A stretch of DNA of 12,763 nucleotides from the UHGV virus genome UHGV-1806816, one strand, 5' to 3'. The translations under genes were made by a program, and so were the position numbers. Position 1 is the stretch's first letter; every line of letters begins with the position of its first letter. The stretch comes from a virus. The notes below the pieces were generated by a model. That model worked only from the letters and a program-made list of their open reading frames with translations. It searched no databases and was not told the DNA's origin. Shown piece after piece: positions 1 through 6,126 of this stretch.

Positions 1-306
1 CAGATGCCTGAATGCCTTCATTGCCTCATAGATCACCGAGTCGGGGACCACCGCCAGCATCTGATACAGGTTAATCAGGTCAGCGTTGACGTCAGCCAGA
101 AGAAAGCGTTCGTGCTTGTCTGAGTTAAGGAACACCGAGCCGCCACCCACAAAAGGCTCAATAAGGCGTTTACCTGCGGGGATCAAACGATCCAGTTCCG
201 GCACTGCCGTGTATCTACCAAAGAGGAAGAACAGCTTAACGAAAAGCAGGTGGCAGCATGAGATACGGATCTGTTTGCTGCGCAGCGCCGGTTCTTCTAT
301 GGGCAT
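1..306 (-). CDS. DNA adenine methyltransferase (Dam family), 5' portion only; gene continues beyond the left edge of the window
   Basis: Minus-strand translation reads ...LFGRYTAVPELDRLIPAGKRLIEPFVGGGSVFLNSDKHERFLLADVNADLINLYQMLAVVPDSVIYEAMKAFRHL, which matches the N-terminal SAM-binding region of Dam-type methyltransferases (EPFVG.GSVFLN, LADIN.DLI.LY). The only in-frame ATG upstream of the motif is at 306..304, with GGAG about 9 nt upstream. Absent from the ORF track because it is open at the window edge. Confidence 0.6.
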   Translation of the reverse strand, partial: MPIEEPALRSKQIRISCCHLLFVKLFFLFGRYTAVPELDRLIPAGKRLIEPFVGGGSVFLNSDKHERFLLADVNADLINLYQMLAVVPDSVIYEAMKAFRHL

Positions 307-348
307 CGCCGCAGCTCCACTGCAAACAGATCCGTATCTCATGCTGCC
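252..348. repeat. Perfect 27-bp inverted repeat (arms 252..278 and 322..348) separated by a 43-bp spacer
   Basis: Left arm ggcagcatgagatacggatctgtttgc; right arm gcaaacagatccgtatctcatgctgcc, its exact reverse complement. The spacer contains the candidate ATG (306..304) and GGAG of the Dam-like gene; the right arm overlaps the stop of the upstream 52-aa ORF. Confidence 0.85.
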
Positions 349-497
349 ACCTGCTTTTCGTTAAGTTCTTCAGCCAGTCGTTGCGCCTTCAGTGGGTTGG
401 TAACGACTTCACCCCACGGCAGCAACCATCCGTTTTTCTCTTTGAGCCAGGGAAGGCGCACCGCGCCAACCCTGATGTCGTCGTGAGCGTGAGTCAT
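339..497 (-). CDS. Hypothetical small protein (52 aa), translationally coupled to the upstream gene
   Basis: ATG at 497..495 overlaps the TGA of the 142-aa gene (ATGA). Translation: MTHAHDDIRVGAVRLPWLKEKNGWLLPWGEVVTNPLKAQRLAEELNEKQVAA. Below the ORF-track size cutoff. No recognisable family. Confidence 0.3.
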   Translation of the reverse strand: MTHAHDDIRVGAVRLPWLKEKNGWLLPWGEVVTNPLKAQRLAEELNEKQVAA

Positions 498-922
498 AGG
501 ATGGACTCCATTTCGTCGATGTAGAGGCCCTGAGCAATCAGGCGGCTACGGCGGGCGGCACGGGCTATGCACTCCTGCCGTCTACCTTCCTGCGATTGCT
601 CAATGGCGCGCCGGGTGAACAGGCGCGATTTGCCCTGCGGCGTCACAACCTTCGGCTTCGTGACCAGGTCGAAAGTCCGGTCGCAGATGCCGTCCCCGTT
701 GATCCACTTTTCCGACTCAACGATCTGCGCTATCTGTCCGGAGCCGCGGGTAATACCGTTGGCTACCCGGTTAAACTCGATGAGCGTTACGCCAAACTTC
801 TCAGCGATTTCGCTGCCGGTTACCGGGCGGCCGCGCGTCTGAATCATCCAGATAACGCGCTCACGAAGGCCGGAGAATTGCCCGGTGCGCCCTGGCCTGC
901 GGTAAAATGGTGTGCGTTTCAT
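494..922 (-). CDS. Hypothetical protein with a probable helix-turn-helix (142 aa)
   Basis: Its start overlaps the exonuclease stop (ATGA at 919..922). An HTH-like segment reads VTGSEIAEKFGVTLIEFNRVANG. Function unknown. Confidence 0.5.
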   Translation of the reverse strand: MKRTPFYRRPGRTGQFSGLRERVIWMIQTRGRPVTGSEIAEKFGVTLIEFNRVANGITRGSGQIAQIVESEKWINGDGICDRTFDLVTKPKVVTPQGKSRLFTRRAIEQSQEGRRQECIARAARRSRLIAQGLYIDEMESIL

Positions 923-1536
923 GCTGCACGCTCTGTGATTTTCTGAATTTCCGATTCCAGATCTGCAAGGAAGCTCTTAACCTCAGATTCGATTTCGCGC
1001 GCCAGCTCTTCATCGAAATGAATCCGCTTCTTGAAATAGGCGAGGTCAGGCGGCAGGCGATCATCGAAACTAACGAAATCACACCATTTCCGCCCGGTGC
1101 ACATCATCTGTGCATGCATTTGCAGCATGTACTGGCGCTTTGGCTCACCAGTTTTCAGCGTTTCAAGATGGGTCCAGGTGTTGGGGCATTTGATTTCGAT
1201 AAGCCCGTCGTCGTTGACAAGTCCGTCCGGGCTGGCTGCGAATCCGGGTATGGTTGGGTGATCGATGAGCCCAACTTCAGTGATTGCCGCATTGAACTCA
1301 TTCAGCGCGTACATTTCGCGTGCCACTGGCTCAAGTTCAGTGCCGCGCATCATCGCGGCATTCGAAAACCCTTCCTCCAGCTTCCCGGTCAGCCGTTGGC
1401 AAATCAGCTCGGCCATGTAGTTCTGGCGGCTGGTGGAGTAGCCCGACTTAGTCCGGGCCATGACATCAGCCAGGCGACTGGCTGTGACCTTGCCGCAGCG
1501 CGCAGCAAACCATTCAGGGGTGCGTTGCTCTATCAT
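919..1536 (-). CDS. Recombination exonuclease, YqaJ / lambda-Exo family (PD-(D/E)XK)
   Basis: N-terminus MIEQRTPEWFAARCGKVTASRLADVMA is typical of YqaJ-type viral recombinases; a SPDG...IEIKCP motif is present. Sits directly downstream of bet with a 2-nt start/stop overlap. Confidence 0.8.
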   Translation of the reverse strand: MIEQRTPEWFAARCGKVTASRLADVMARTKSGYSTSRQNYMAELICQRLTGKLEEGFSNAAMMRGTELEPVAREMYALNEFNAAITEVGLIDHPTIPGFAASPDGLVNDDGLIEIKCPNTWTHLETLKTGEPKRQYMLQMHAQMMCTGRKWCDFVSFDDRLPPDLAYFKKRIHFDEELAREIESEVKSFLADLESEIQKITERAA

Positions 1537-2279
1537 TCAGCCTCCGTCTCTGCGACATTGACAGGTTCGGCGTTGTCGACAGCAAGACTCATGTCATACA
1601 TGCGTCGTTTCTCAACTGCGCCGATCACCTGTTTCTCTTCGGCGCTCAGCGCCACCCAGAACTCCTGATACTTAACGGTTCCAAGGCGCGCGGCGGACTC
1701 ACCTTTTGCGATCAGTTCCGGGCGGCGGCTATCTGATTCATGGCCCGCATGAACCTCTGCCGTTGTTCCTTCAATTACTCGCTCTGCCTCGTCCTGGTCG
1801 AAGATGCCAGCGAAACCAAAGGCCAGACGCGCGCACTGGATCAGCGTCTTGTGGCGAAGCATGCGGGTAGGGTGGGACTGCCATGGCTGAGTGTTGCGTT
1901 TGCACTCTCCCATGTACTCGGTGACGATGGTCGGGTGCTTACGGTCTTTGCGGTAAATCTTGCAGGTACACGCGCCTTCCTCCTTGTCGTAAGAGAACTC
2001 CATGCCGTCAAACTGAGGATGCTCGTTGATAATGCGAGCCCATCCATCAACGCCGACGACCGGGACAATCCCGCCTTTATCTGGGAATGCGTAAATCTCT
2101 TTGGTCCATGGGTTCAGGCCGTACTGGTTGGCGACGATCAACAGGGCTGTAAACTGCTCGTCCGTGACGTTGCCACCTTTGAACGCTGTATTCTTCAGCG
2201 TATTCATCAGGTCTGTACCGGCATCCATGCCGAGGCGTGCGGCCAGTTTCCCGGCCATGGTGGAAAGTGCAGTACTCAT
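1533..2279 (-). CDS. bet: Recombination protein Bet (Red-beta single-strand annealing protein)
   Basis: From the ATG at 2279 the protein reads MSTALSTMAGKLAARLGMD...LLIVANQYGLNPWTKEIYAFPDK.GIVPVVGVDGW.RIINE..QFDGM...WQSHPTRMLRHK..IQCARLAFGFAGI.D.DEAERV, near-colinear with lambda Bet. The ORF-track start at 2294 is a TTG; the ATG at 2279 with GAGGG upstream is preferred. Confidence 0.9.
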   Translation of the reverse strand: MSTALSTMAGKLAARLGMDAGTDLMNTLKNTAFKGGNVTDEQFTALLIVANQYGLNPWTKEIYAFPDKGGIVPVVGVDGWARIINEHPQFDGMEFSYDKEEGACTCKIYRKDRKHPTIVTEYMGECKRNTQPWQSHPTRMLRHKTLIQCARLAFGFAGIFDQDEAERVIEGTTAEVHAGHESDSRRPELIAKGESAARLGTVKYQEFWVALSAEEKQVIGAVEKRRMYDMSLAVDNAEPVNVAETEAE

Positions 2280-2297
2280 TGTTAAATCCCTCAAAAA

Positions 2298-2582
2298 TTA
2301 AAACGGGCAGCCGGTACGGTGTTCCCAGTCGTATTCCGCCTGGGCGTAAGCAACTACCGAAATGAAATCGTTGTAGGCCTCGCCAGCTTTATCGCTGCGA
2401 AGCCCTTCGTATGGGCTGGAGTCTATCGGGATCGTGAAGTGGAAGAGGCCGGACGGCTCTTTAGGCATCATGTCGATGATTTTCTGCGCCCGGTCGTCGA
2501 TCCACTTCTCTTTCTCGTCGGTGATCTGTTGCTCAGCCCAGCGCCGATCTTCGATGCGGTCGTAAGTGAGGTATGCGTTCAT
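2298..2582 (-). CDS. gam: Gam-like host-nuclease (RecBCD) inhibitor, short (GamS-like) form
   Basis: MNAYLTYDRIEDRRWAEQQITDEKEK... resembles lambda GamS ([31 protein letters not shown]...). Located immediately upstream of bet as in lambda; GAGG RBS 6 nt before the ATG. Confidence 0.7.
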   Translation of the reverse strand: MNAYLTYDRIEDRRWAEQQITDEKEKWIDDRAQKIIDMMPKEPSGLFHFTIPIDSSPYEGLRSDKAGEAYNDFISVVAYAQAEYDWEHRTGCPF

Positions 2583-2589
2583 GGTTGCC

Positions 2590-3561
2590 TCAGTAATGAA
2601 TTTTCGCGCAGGGGATCAGGTTATCTTTCAGAGCGGTAAGCACTTCGATAGCCTGCTCGCGGGTTAAGCTGGTTTGGCTGGTGAGCGCGTTAACGATGTT
2701 GGTGCCGACCGTCTTGCGGTGCTTAACGTCAGCTTCACGCTTTGCCTGCTCATCGGCGAGGCGCTTCTCTTCGGCCAGGCGGGCATCTTCGGCCTGTTTG
2801 GCCTTCAGGCGCTCGGCTTCAACCGCCGCGGCTTTTTCGCGTTCCGCCCGGGCTTCCGCTTCCTGCTTCTCGCGAGCTGCACGCTGTTCCGCTTCGACGC
2901 GCTGGCGCTCCGCCAGTTCAGCGCGGGCTTTCTCTTCGGCTTCACGGCGCGCTGCGGCTTCAATCTCCGCTTTGTGCTTCGCTTCGGCATCGCGGCGGGC
3001 TTGTTCTGCCGCTTCCTGTTTCAGCCGCTCATCACGTTCACGCTGAGCCTGTTCCGCCAGACGGCGCTGCTCTTCGCGGTCACGGTCAAAATCCTTGTTC
3101 ATCAGTAGAGCCATTTCGTGGTCCGCTTCGAACTTGGCAGCCAGCTCCTGATCGAACCTGATGTTCATCTCCAGCGCTTCGGCGTGCATCGCGTTCATGG
3201 CTTCTTCAGCCTTAATGCGTTCCTGCTCGGCTTCCCATTCGGTGAGTGGGCGGCGGGTCGCATCGCGCAGCTCGTCGCAGGCATCAACGAATCGCTTAAT
3301 TTCGGCCTCAGCCGGACGCACAGCCTCTTTCAGGCGCTTCAGGTACTCACGGCCCGGCTTTTCGATTGCCGTCTTGCTGCGGGACACCTGCGCTGCCAGA
3401 GAGGCAACACGGTCACGGCCTTTCTTCGTGGACAGGTCCGGCACTTCGTTTACAGCCTGGCGGATTTGCTCAAGGTACGCGTCAAGGCCGCCCGCTACGT
3501 AAAGCACTGGGGCCTGTTCCGGCTTGATTTCGATGACAGTTAAGTCCGTTACTTCGCTCAT
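2590..3561 (-). CDS. Hypothetical highly charged coiled-coil protein (323 aa) with a low-complexity Ala/Glu/Arg/Lys-rich central region
   Basis: Strong AGGAG RBS 5 nt upstream of the ATG at 3561. Globular-looking N-terminus (about 100 aa) and C-terminus (...VGTNIVNALTSQTSLTREQAIEVLTALKDNLIPCAKIHY) flank roughly 170 aa of AEQ/RERA-type heptad-like repeats. Overlapping plus-strand ORFs are artefacts of the GC-rich repetitive DNA. Confidence 0.6.
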   Translation of the reverse strand: MSEVTDLTVIEIKPEQAPVLYVAGGLDAYLEQIRQAVNEVPDLSTKKGRDRVASLAAQVSRSKTAIEKPGREYLKRLKEAVRPAEAEIKRFVDACDELRDATRRPLTEWEAEQERIKAEEAMNAMHAEALEMNIRFDQELAAKFEADHEMALLMNKDFDRDREEQRRLAEQAQRERDERLKQEAAEQARRDAEAKHKAEIEAAARREAEEKARAELAERQRVEAEQRAAREKQEAEARAEREKAAAVEAERLKAKQAEDARLAEEKRLADEQAKREADVKHRKTVGTNIVNALTSQTSLTREQAIEVLTALKDNLIPCAKIHY

Positions 3562-3631
3562 GGTTTCTCCTGAAATTTGGATGTGCAGATCCCGCCCGCG
3601 TAATGCCAGGCCGATCGGTTGAATAGGGTGG

Positions 3632-3829
3632 TTACTGCTGCGCGATGGATTTCGCCGGGAACTCGCCGTTGCGGATGATGCTTTCTACCGGCCAGCACTC
3701 AGCTGACACTTTCTGCTCTGTAGCTGCCAGGCTGCATTCCTGCTGGCTGTCGTAAACGCCGAGAATGACATCCTGATAATCACCGTTGGTCATTGCCACG
3801 GTCAGGACGAGTGCGAATAAAGTTTCCAT
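3632..3829 (-). CDS. Hypothetical small protein (65 aa) with a hydrophobic N-terminal segment
   Basis: ATG at 3829..3827 overlaps the TGA of the upstream 42-aa ORF (TGATG). METLFALVLTVAMTNGDYQDV... has a probable signal/membrane-anchor segment. The ORF-track version starts at a GTG (3883) with no RBS. Confidence 0.4.
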   Translation of the reverse strand: METLFALVLTVAMTNGDYQDVILGVYDSQQECSLAATEQKVSAECWPVESIIRNGEFPAKSIAQQ

Positions 3830-3957
3830 CAGTGAAGAGTCCTCCCGATGGCGACGGCGTAAAGGCGTTTTGCTTCTTCCCACGCCGGAGCATTGCGATG
3901 GAGCACCGCGAACGACGCGAGCCGTTGGGCCTCTCTGATCTGCTGCTGGTTTACCAT
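3829..3957 (-). CDS. Hypothetical small protein (42 aa)
   Basis: ATG at 3957..3955 is preceded by AAGAGGAAA with a 3-nt spacer. Translation: MVNQQQIREAQRLASFAVLHRNAPAWEEAKRLYAVAIGRTLH. Coupled to the downstream 65-aa ORF. Sits where lambda has kil/cIII, but no sequence identity is claimed. Confidence 0.35.
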   Translation of the reverse strand: MVNQQQIREAQRLASFAVLHRNAPAWEEAKRLYAVAIGRTLH

Positions 3958-4096
3958 GATTTCCTCTTGGCCTTATCGCGGCGAACGGAACGGTTAATAC
4001 AAGACTTCAACGCATTTATTCAGTGTTTCAATGGGCGGTGGATGGCCGCCGGTTGTCATAAATGGGCAGACTCGAAAATCTGCCTATGTATGGCCG

Positions 4097-4119
4097 ATAA
4101 AAAACCCGCCGGAGCGGGT
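4097..4119 (-). terminator. Putative intrinsic terminator downstream of the 222-aa gene (tL1-like position)
   Basis: On the minus strand: stem ACCCGC / GCGGGT with a 4-nt loop (4119..4104), followed directly by TTTTTTAT. It overlaps the stop codon of the 222-aa gene. Confidence 0.5.
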
Positions 4120-4787
4120 CATTCATTCTTTGGTATGCCGCAAAGGGCGTTTAGCGTTTCAACGGGAATGGCAAGTGCGGTGCTGGTCGCTTCACGGCGT
4201 TCCACCTCAGGCAAATATGGCACTGCCTCAGGCCACATCTCAGCCAGTTTTTTAACAGTTGAGACTTTGGTTAGAGCACCTTTAACCTGCAATTGGAAGG
4301 CATCAACTTCATCGTAAAGAACGTTGATGGTTACCGTCGATTCAGTGAGTCGGTCGTGTAATTTTCCAACTTTCTTCAGCGTGCTGTAACTTTCAGGAAC
4401 GAAACCCGAATCAATTACAGGCGCGAAGGAAGCTCCGAAGAACAGGTCGCTTTCAAGATCGTGCTTACCAATATGTTTTCCACGGTGGCGATAGCGATGA
4501 TCCAAACCGTTCCTGGCTAATTCGTGATACTCACCATTAATAATGACCTTTAAAGTTGCAGTTTTAGCGCCGACCTGCATCTTGATGAAGGAGTTATCTT
4601 TGAAATCTTCCCGAGCCTTAGTTATTTGCTCATCGCTAGTGTTTTCCTGCTTGAGCAATGCCTGTCGAATTTCTTCAACAATTTTCGCCCTCTCATTAAC
4701 CGCAGCTTTCGCTTTCTCAAACAATGGGGATGCGAGAAGCAGGTTATGGCATAGCTGATTTTTAATTTCGTTGTTAAGACGAATCAT
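4119..4787 (-). CDS. Hypothetical protein (222 aa), lower-GC orphan gene; first gene downstream of the OL-like operators
   Basis: ATG at 4787 with GAGGGT 6 nt upstream. About 45% GC against 55-60% in the flanking phage genes. Contains a basic His/Arg cluster (DHRYRHRGKHIGKHD). No recognisable motif; no transmembrane segment; no Arg-rich N-terminus as in N proteins. Confidence 0.7.
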   Translation of the reverse strand: MIRLNNEIKNQLCHNLLLASPLFEKAKAAVNERAKIVEEIRQALLKQENTSDEQITKAREDFKDNSFIKMQVGAKTATLKVIINGEYHELARNGLDHRYRHRGKHIGKHDLESDLFFGASFAPVIDSGFVPESYSTLKKVGKLHDRLTESTVTINVLYDEVDAFQLQVKGALTKVSTVKKLAEMWPEAVPYLPEVERREATSTALAIPVETLNALCGIPKNE

Positions 4788-5203
4788 TGACTTACCCTCT
4801 GTCGTTACCCGCTGATGCGGGAGAAATGCTTTGGCGATGTGGTAGGTGGGAGACCCATTTCGACCCGATTCGGCCTACTTATCTTCGGCAATAGCTCCTC
4901 GGGCCTCGCCGCTTTACGTGCGACATATTCCCGTCCATGAACCCTTCACCACATCCCATAACATTCCCTGTATTGGTCAGCGCCAACTCCCTGCCAGTGT
5001 TGCCCGTTCTCACGCCGTTCTCGCTCTCGCGTGGGGATACTCTCTCACCGACCGGATCGCACCCGGTGATACAGCACGTTTACGTGTAGGGGTCTTAACA
5101 GGTCATTGACGCTGTAAATCTGCATGTTGTTAAAAAGCAGGCGACTTGCTGTCCGCCGCTGGCTAACTTCGCTCAGCTGTCGATGTTTCGTTTCGATGGG
5201 GTA

Positions 5204-5281
5204 AATTTAGCGTGATGCTAAATTATGCGCAATAGCAAAATGCTAAATTGTTGAATGGTTTTATTTAGCGTATTGATTAAT
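5204..5281. promoter_or_regulatory. OL-like operator cluster: three ATTTAGC-N5-GCTAAAT-type inverted repeats (putative pL control region)
   Basis: 5204..5224 is a perfect palindrome AATTTAGC-gtgat-GCTAAATT. Imperfect copies lie at about 5231..5249 (AATAGC-aaaat-GCTAAATT) and 5263..5281 (ATTTAGC-gtatt-GATTAAT). The same half-sites recur in the cI-cro intergenic region. Promoter hexamers could not be placed unambiguously. Confidence 0.5.
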
Positions 5282-5319
5282 AAGCGATTAAAAATTTACA
5301 GCGAAGGAATTCGGGACGT

Positions 5320-5343
5320 AAAAAAGCCCGCGCGATGGCGGGC
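5320..5343 (-). terminator. Putative intrinsic terminator of the repressor gene
   Basis: Stem GCCCGC (5326..5331) / GCGGGC (5338..5343) with a 6-nt loop; on the minus strand it is followed by TTTTTTAC. Lies 21 bp downstream of the cI stop. Confidence 0.6.
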
Positions 5344-5363
5344 TTGAGGGGTTTTGCGTGAGG

Positions 5364-6041
5364 TTATGGGATGTTTAGTATTTTGGCATCAACCACAACG
5401 CCGATGATTTTGCAGTTTCCATTAATTTCTAGCATTGGATATGCGGGGTTAAGGGGCTTTAGGAAGCGTCTGCCGGCATCGATTACAAGCTTCTTAAAGG
5501 TCGCTTCGTTATCGCCTTCTAGCTTCGCGACAACCAGCTTTCCGTTGCGCGGCTCGACTTCAGGATCAACAAGTATCGCTGCTCCCTCGGGTATGCTCAG
5601 TCCAGCCGGGGAGGTCATAGAATCCCCTTTAACGTCCAGCCAGAATGAATCTTCTGAGCAGTCAACAGTCGTGTCATACCAGCGATCTATCGCTCTTCGG
5701 TGATAAGGTTCTACAGCTTCCATCCATTGCCCCGCGCTTACCCAGCTGATTACAGGATAACTTCCTTTTGTCTCGTTCAGTCCTCGAAATGCAACGTTCG
5801 AAGGTTCTTCACTGGCGTGTAAAACATCCATCCAGCCAAAAGGCAGATCAAGCGCAGTTTCAATTTTGCGAGCCATCTTATCGCCGATATTGCGATGAGG
5901 GTTTGGTCCCAGTAGCTGGCTAAGCGCAGCCGGACTTGTCTCGATGAGCTCGGCAAACTGCGCTTTGGTCATTCCAGACTCGTGCTGACGCTTCTCGTAC
6001 AGCGCTTCCAGGTTGGCTTTTCTGATTTCTTTATTTTCCAT
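5364..6041 (-). CDS. CI-like prophage repressor: N-terminal HTH (XRE type) plus C-terminal LexA-like S24 peptidase domain
   Basis: From the ATG at 6041: MENKEIRKANLEALYEKRQHESGMTKAQFAELIETSPAALSQLL... (HTH), then ...FWLDVKGDSMTSPAGLSIPEGAAILVDPEVEPRNGKLVVAKL... (Ser/Lys dyad context of S24 autopeptidases). The ORF-track start at 6158 would run through the operator region and is rejected. Confidence 0.85.
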   Translation of the reverse strand: MENKEIRKANLEALYEKRQHESGMTKAQFAELIETSPAALSQLLGPNPHRNIGDKMARKIETALDLPFGWMDVLHASEEPSNVAFRGLNETKGSYPVISWVSAGQWMEAVEPYHRRAIDRWYDTTVDCSEDSFWLDVKGDSMTSPAGLSIPEGAAILVDPEVEPRNGKLVVAKLEGDNEATFKKLVIDAGRRFLKPLNPAYPMLEINGNCKIIGVVVDAKILNIP

Positions 6042-6058
6042 ACCTGCATTGTTACTGC

Positions 6059-6126
6059 TTTTAGCAAAATGATAAATGTGCAAATTGCTAAATGATGCTT
6101 GCGTAGTATTTAGCATAACGCTAAAC
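6059..6126. promoter_or_regulatory. OR-like operator region between divergent cI-like and cro-like genes
   Basis: Half-sites of the same motif as at OL: TTTTAGC-aaaat-GATAAAT (6059..6077), GCTAAAT (6087..6093) and ATTTAGC-ataac-GCTAAAC (6108..6126). Sits in a 116-bp divergent intergenic region. Confidence 0.55.

Noticed and set aside
86-524. Plus-strand ORFs 86..364 (92 aa) and 258..524 (88 aa)
   Set aside because: They lie antisense to the Dam-like methyltransferase reading frame and the coupled 52-aa ORF; their products are Arg/Ser/Cys-rich with no RBS; better explained as shadow ORFs.
907-1668. Plus-strand 253-aa ORF overlapping the exonuclease gene
   Set aside because: Antisense to a minus-strand frame with recognisable YqaJ/Exo motifs and operon coupling; the product looks low-complexity.
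1740-2285. Plus-strand 181-aa ORF antisense to bet
   Set aside because: The minus-strand frame is near-colinear with lambda Bet; the plus frame is a shadow ORF in GC-rich DNA.
2674-3543. Multiple plus-strand ORFs (144, 121, 139, 141, 113 aa) inside the coiled-coil gene region
   Set aside because: GC-rich repetitive DNA gives open frames on many strands; the products are Arg/Ser/Ala homopolymer-like; only the minus-strand 323-aa frame has a strong RBS and a plausible N-terminus.
4846-5109. Plus-strand 87-aa ORF in the leader region
   Set aside because: No RBS; Pro/Ser/Arg-rich product; lies between the repressor terminator and a leftward transcription unit. The region is more likely non-coding leader.
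4788-5363. Expected rexAB-like genes downstream of the repressor, or an N-like gene downstream of OL
   Set aside because: Neither is present: the repressor is followed directly by a terminator and the operator cluster, and three-frame translation of the leader gives no credible N-type (Arg-rich, about 100 aa) ORF.
5371-5703. Plus-strand 110-aa ORF inside the repressor gene
   Set aside because: Antisense to the CI-like repressor, which has clear HTH and S24 peptidase motifs.
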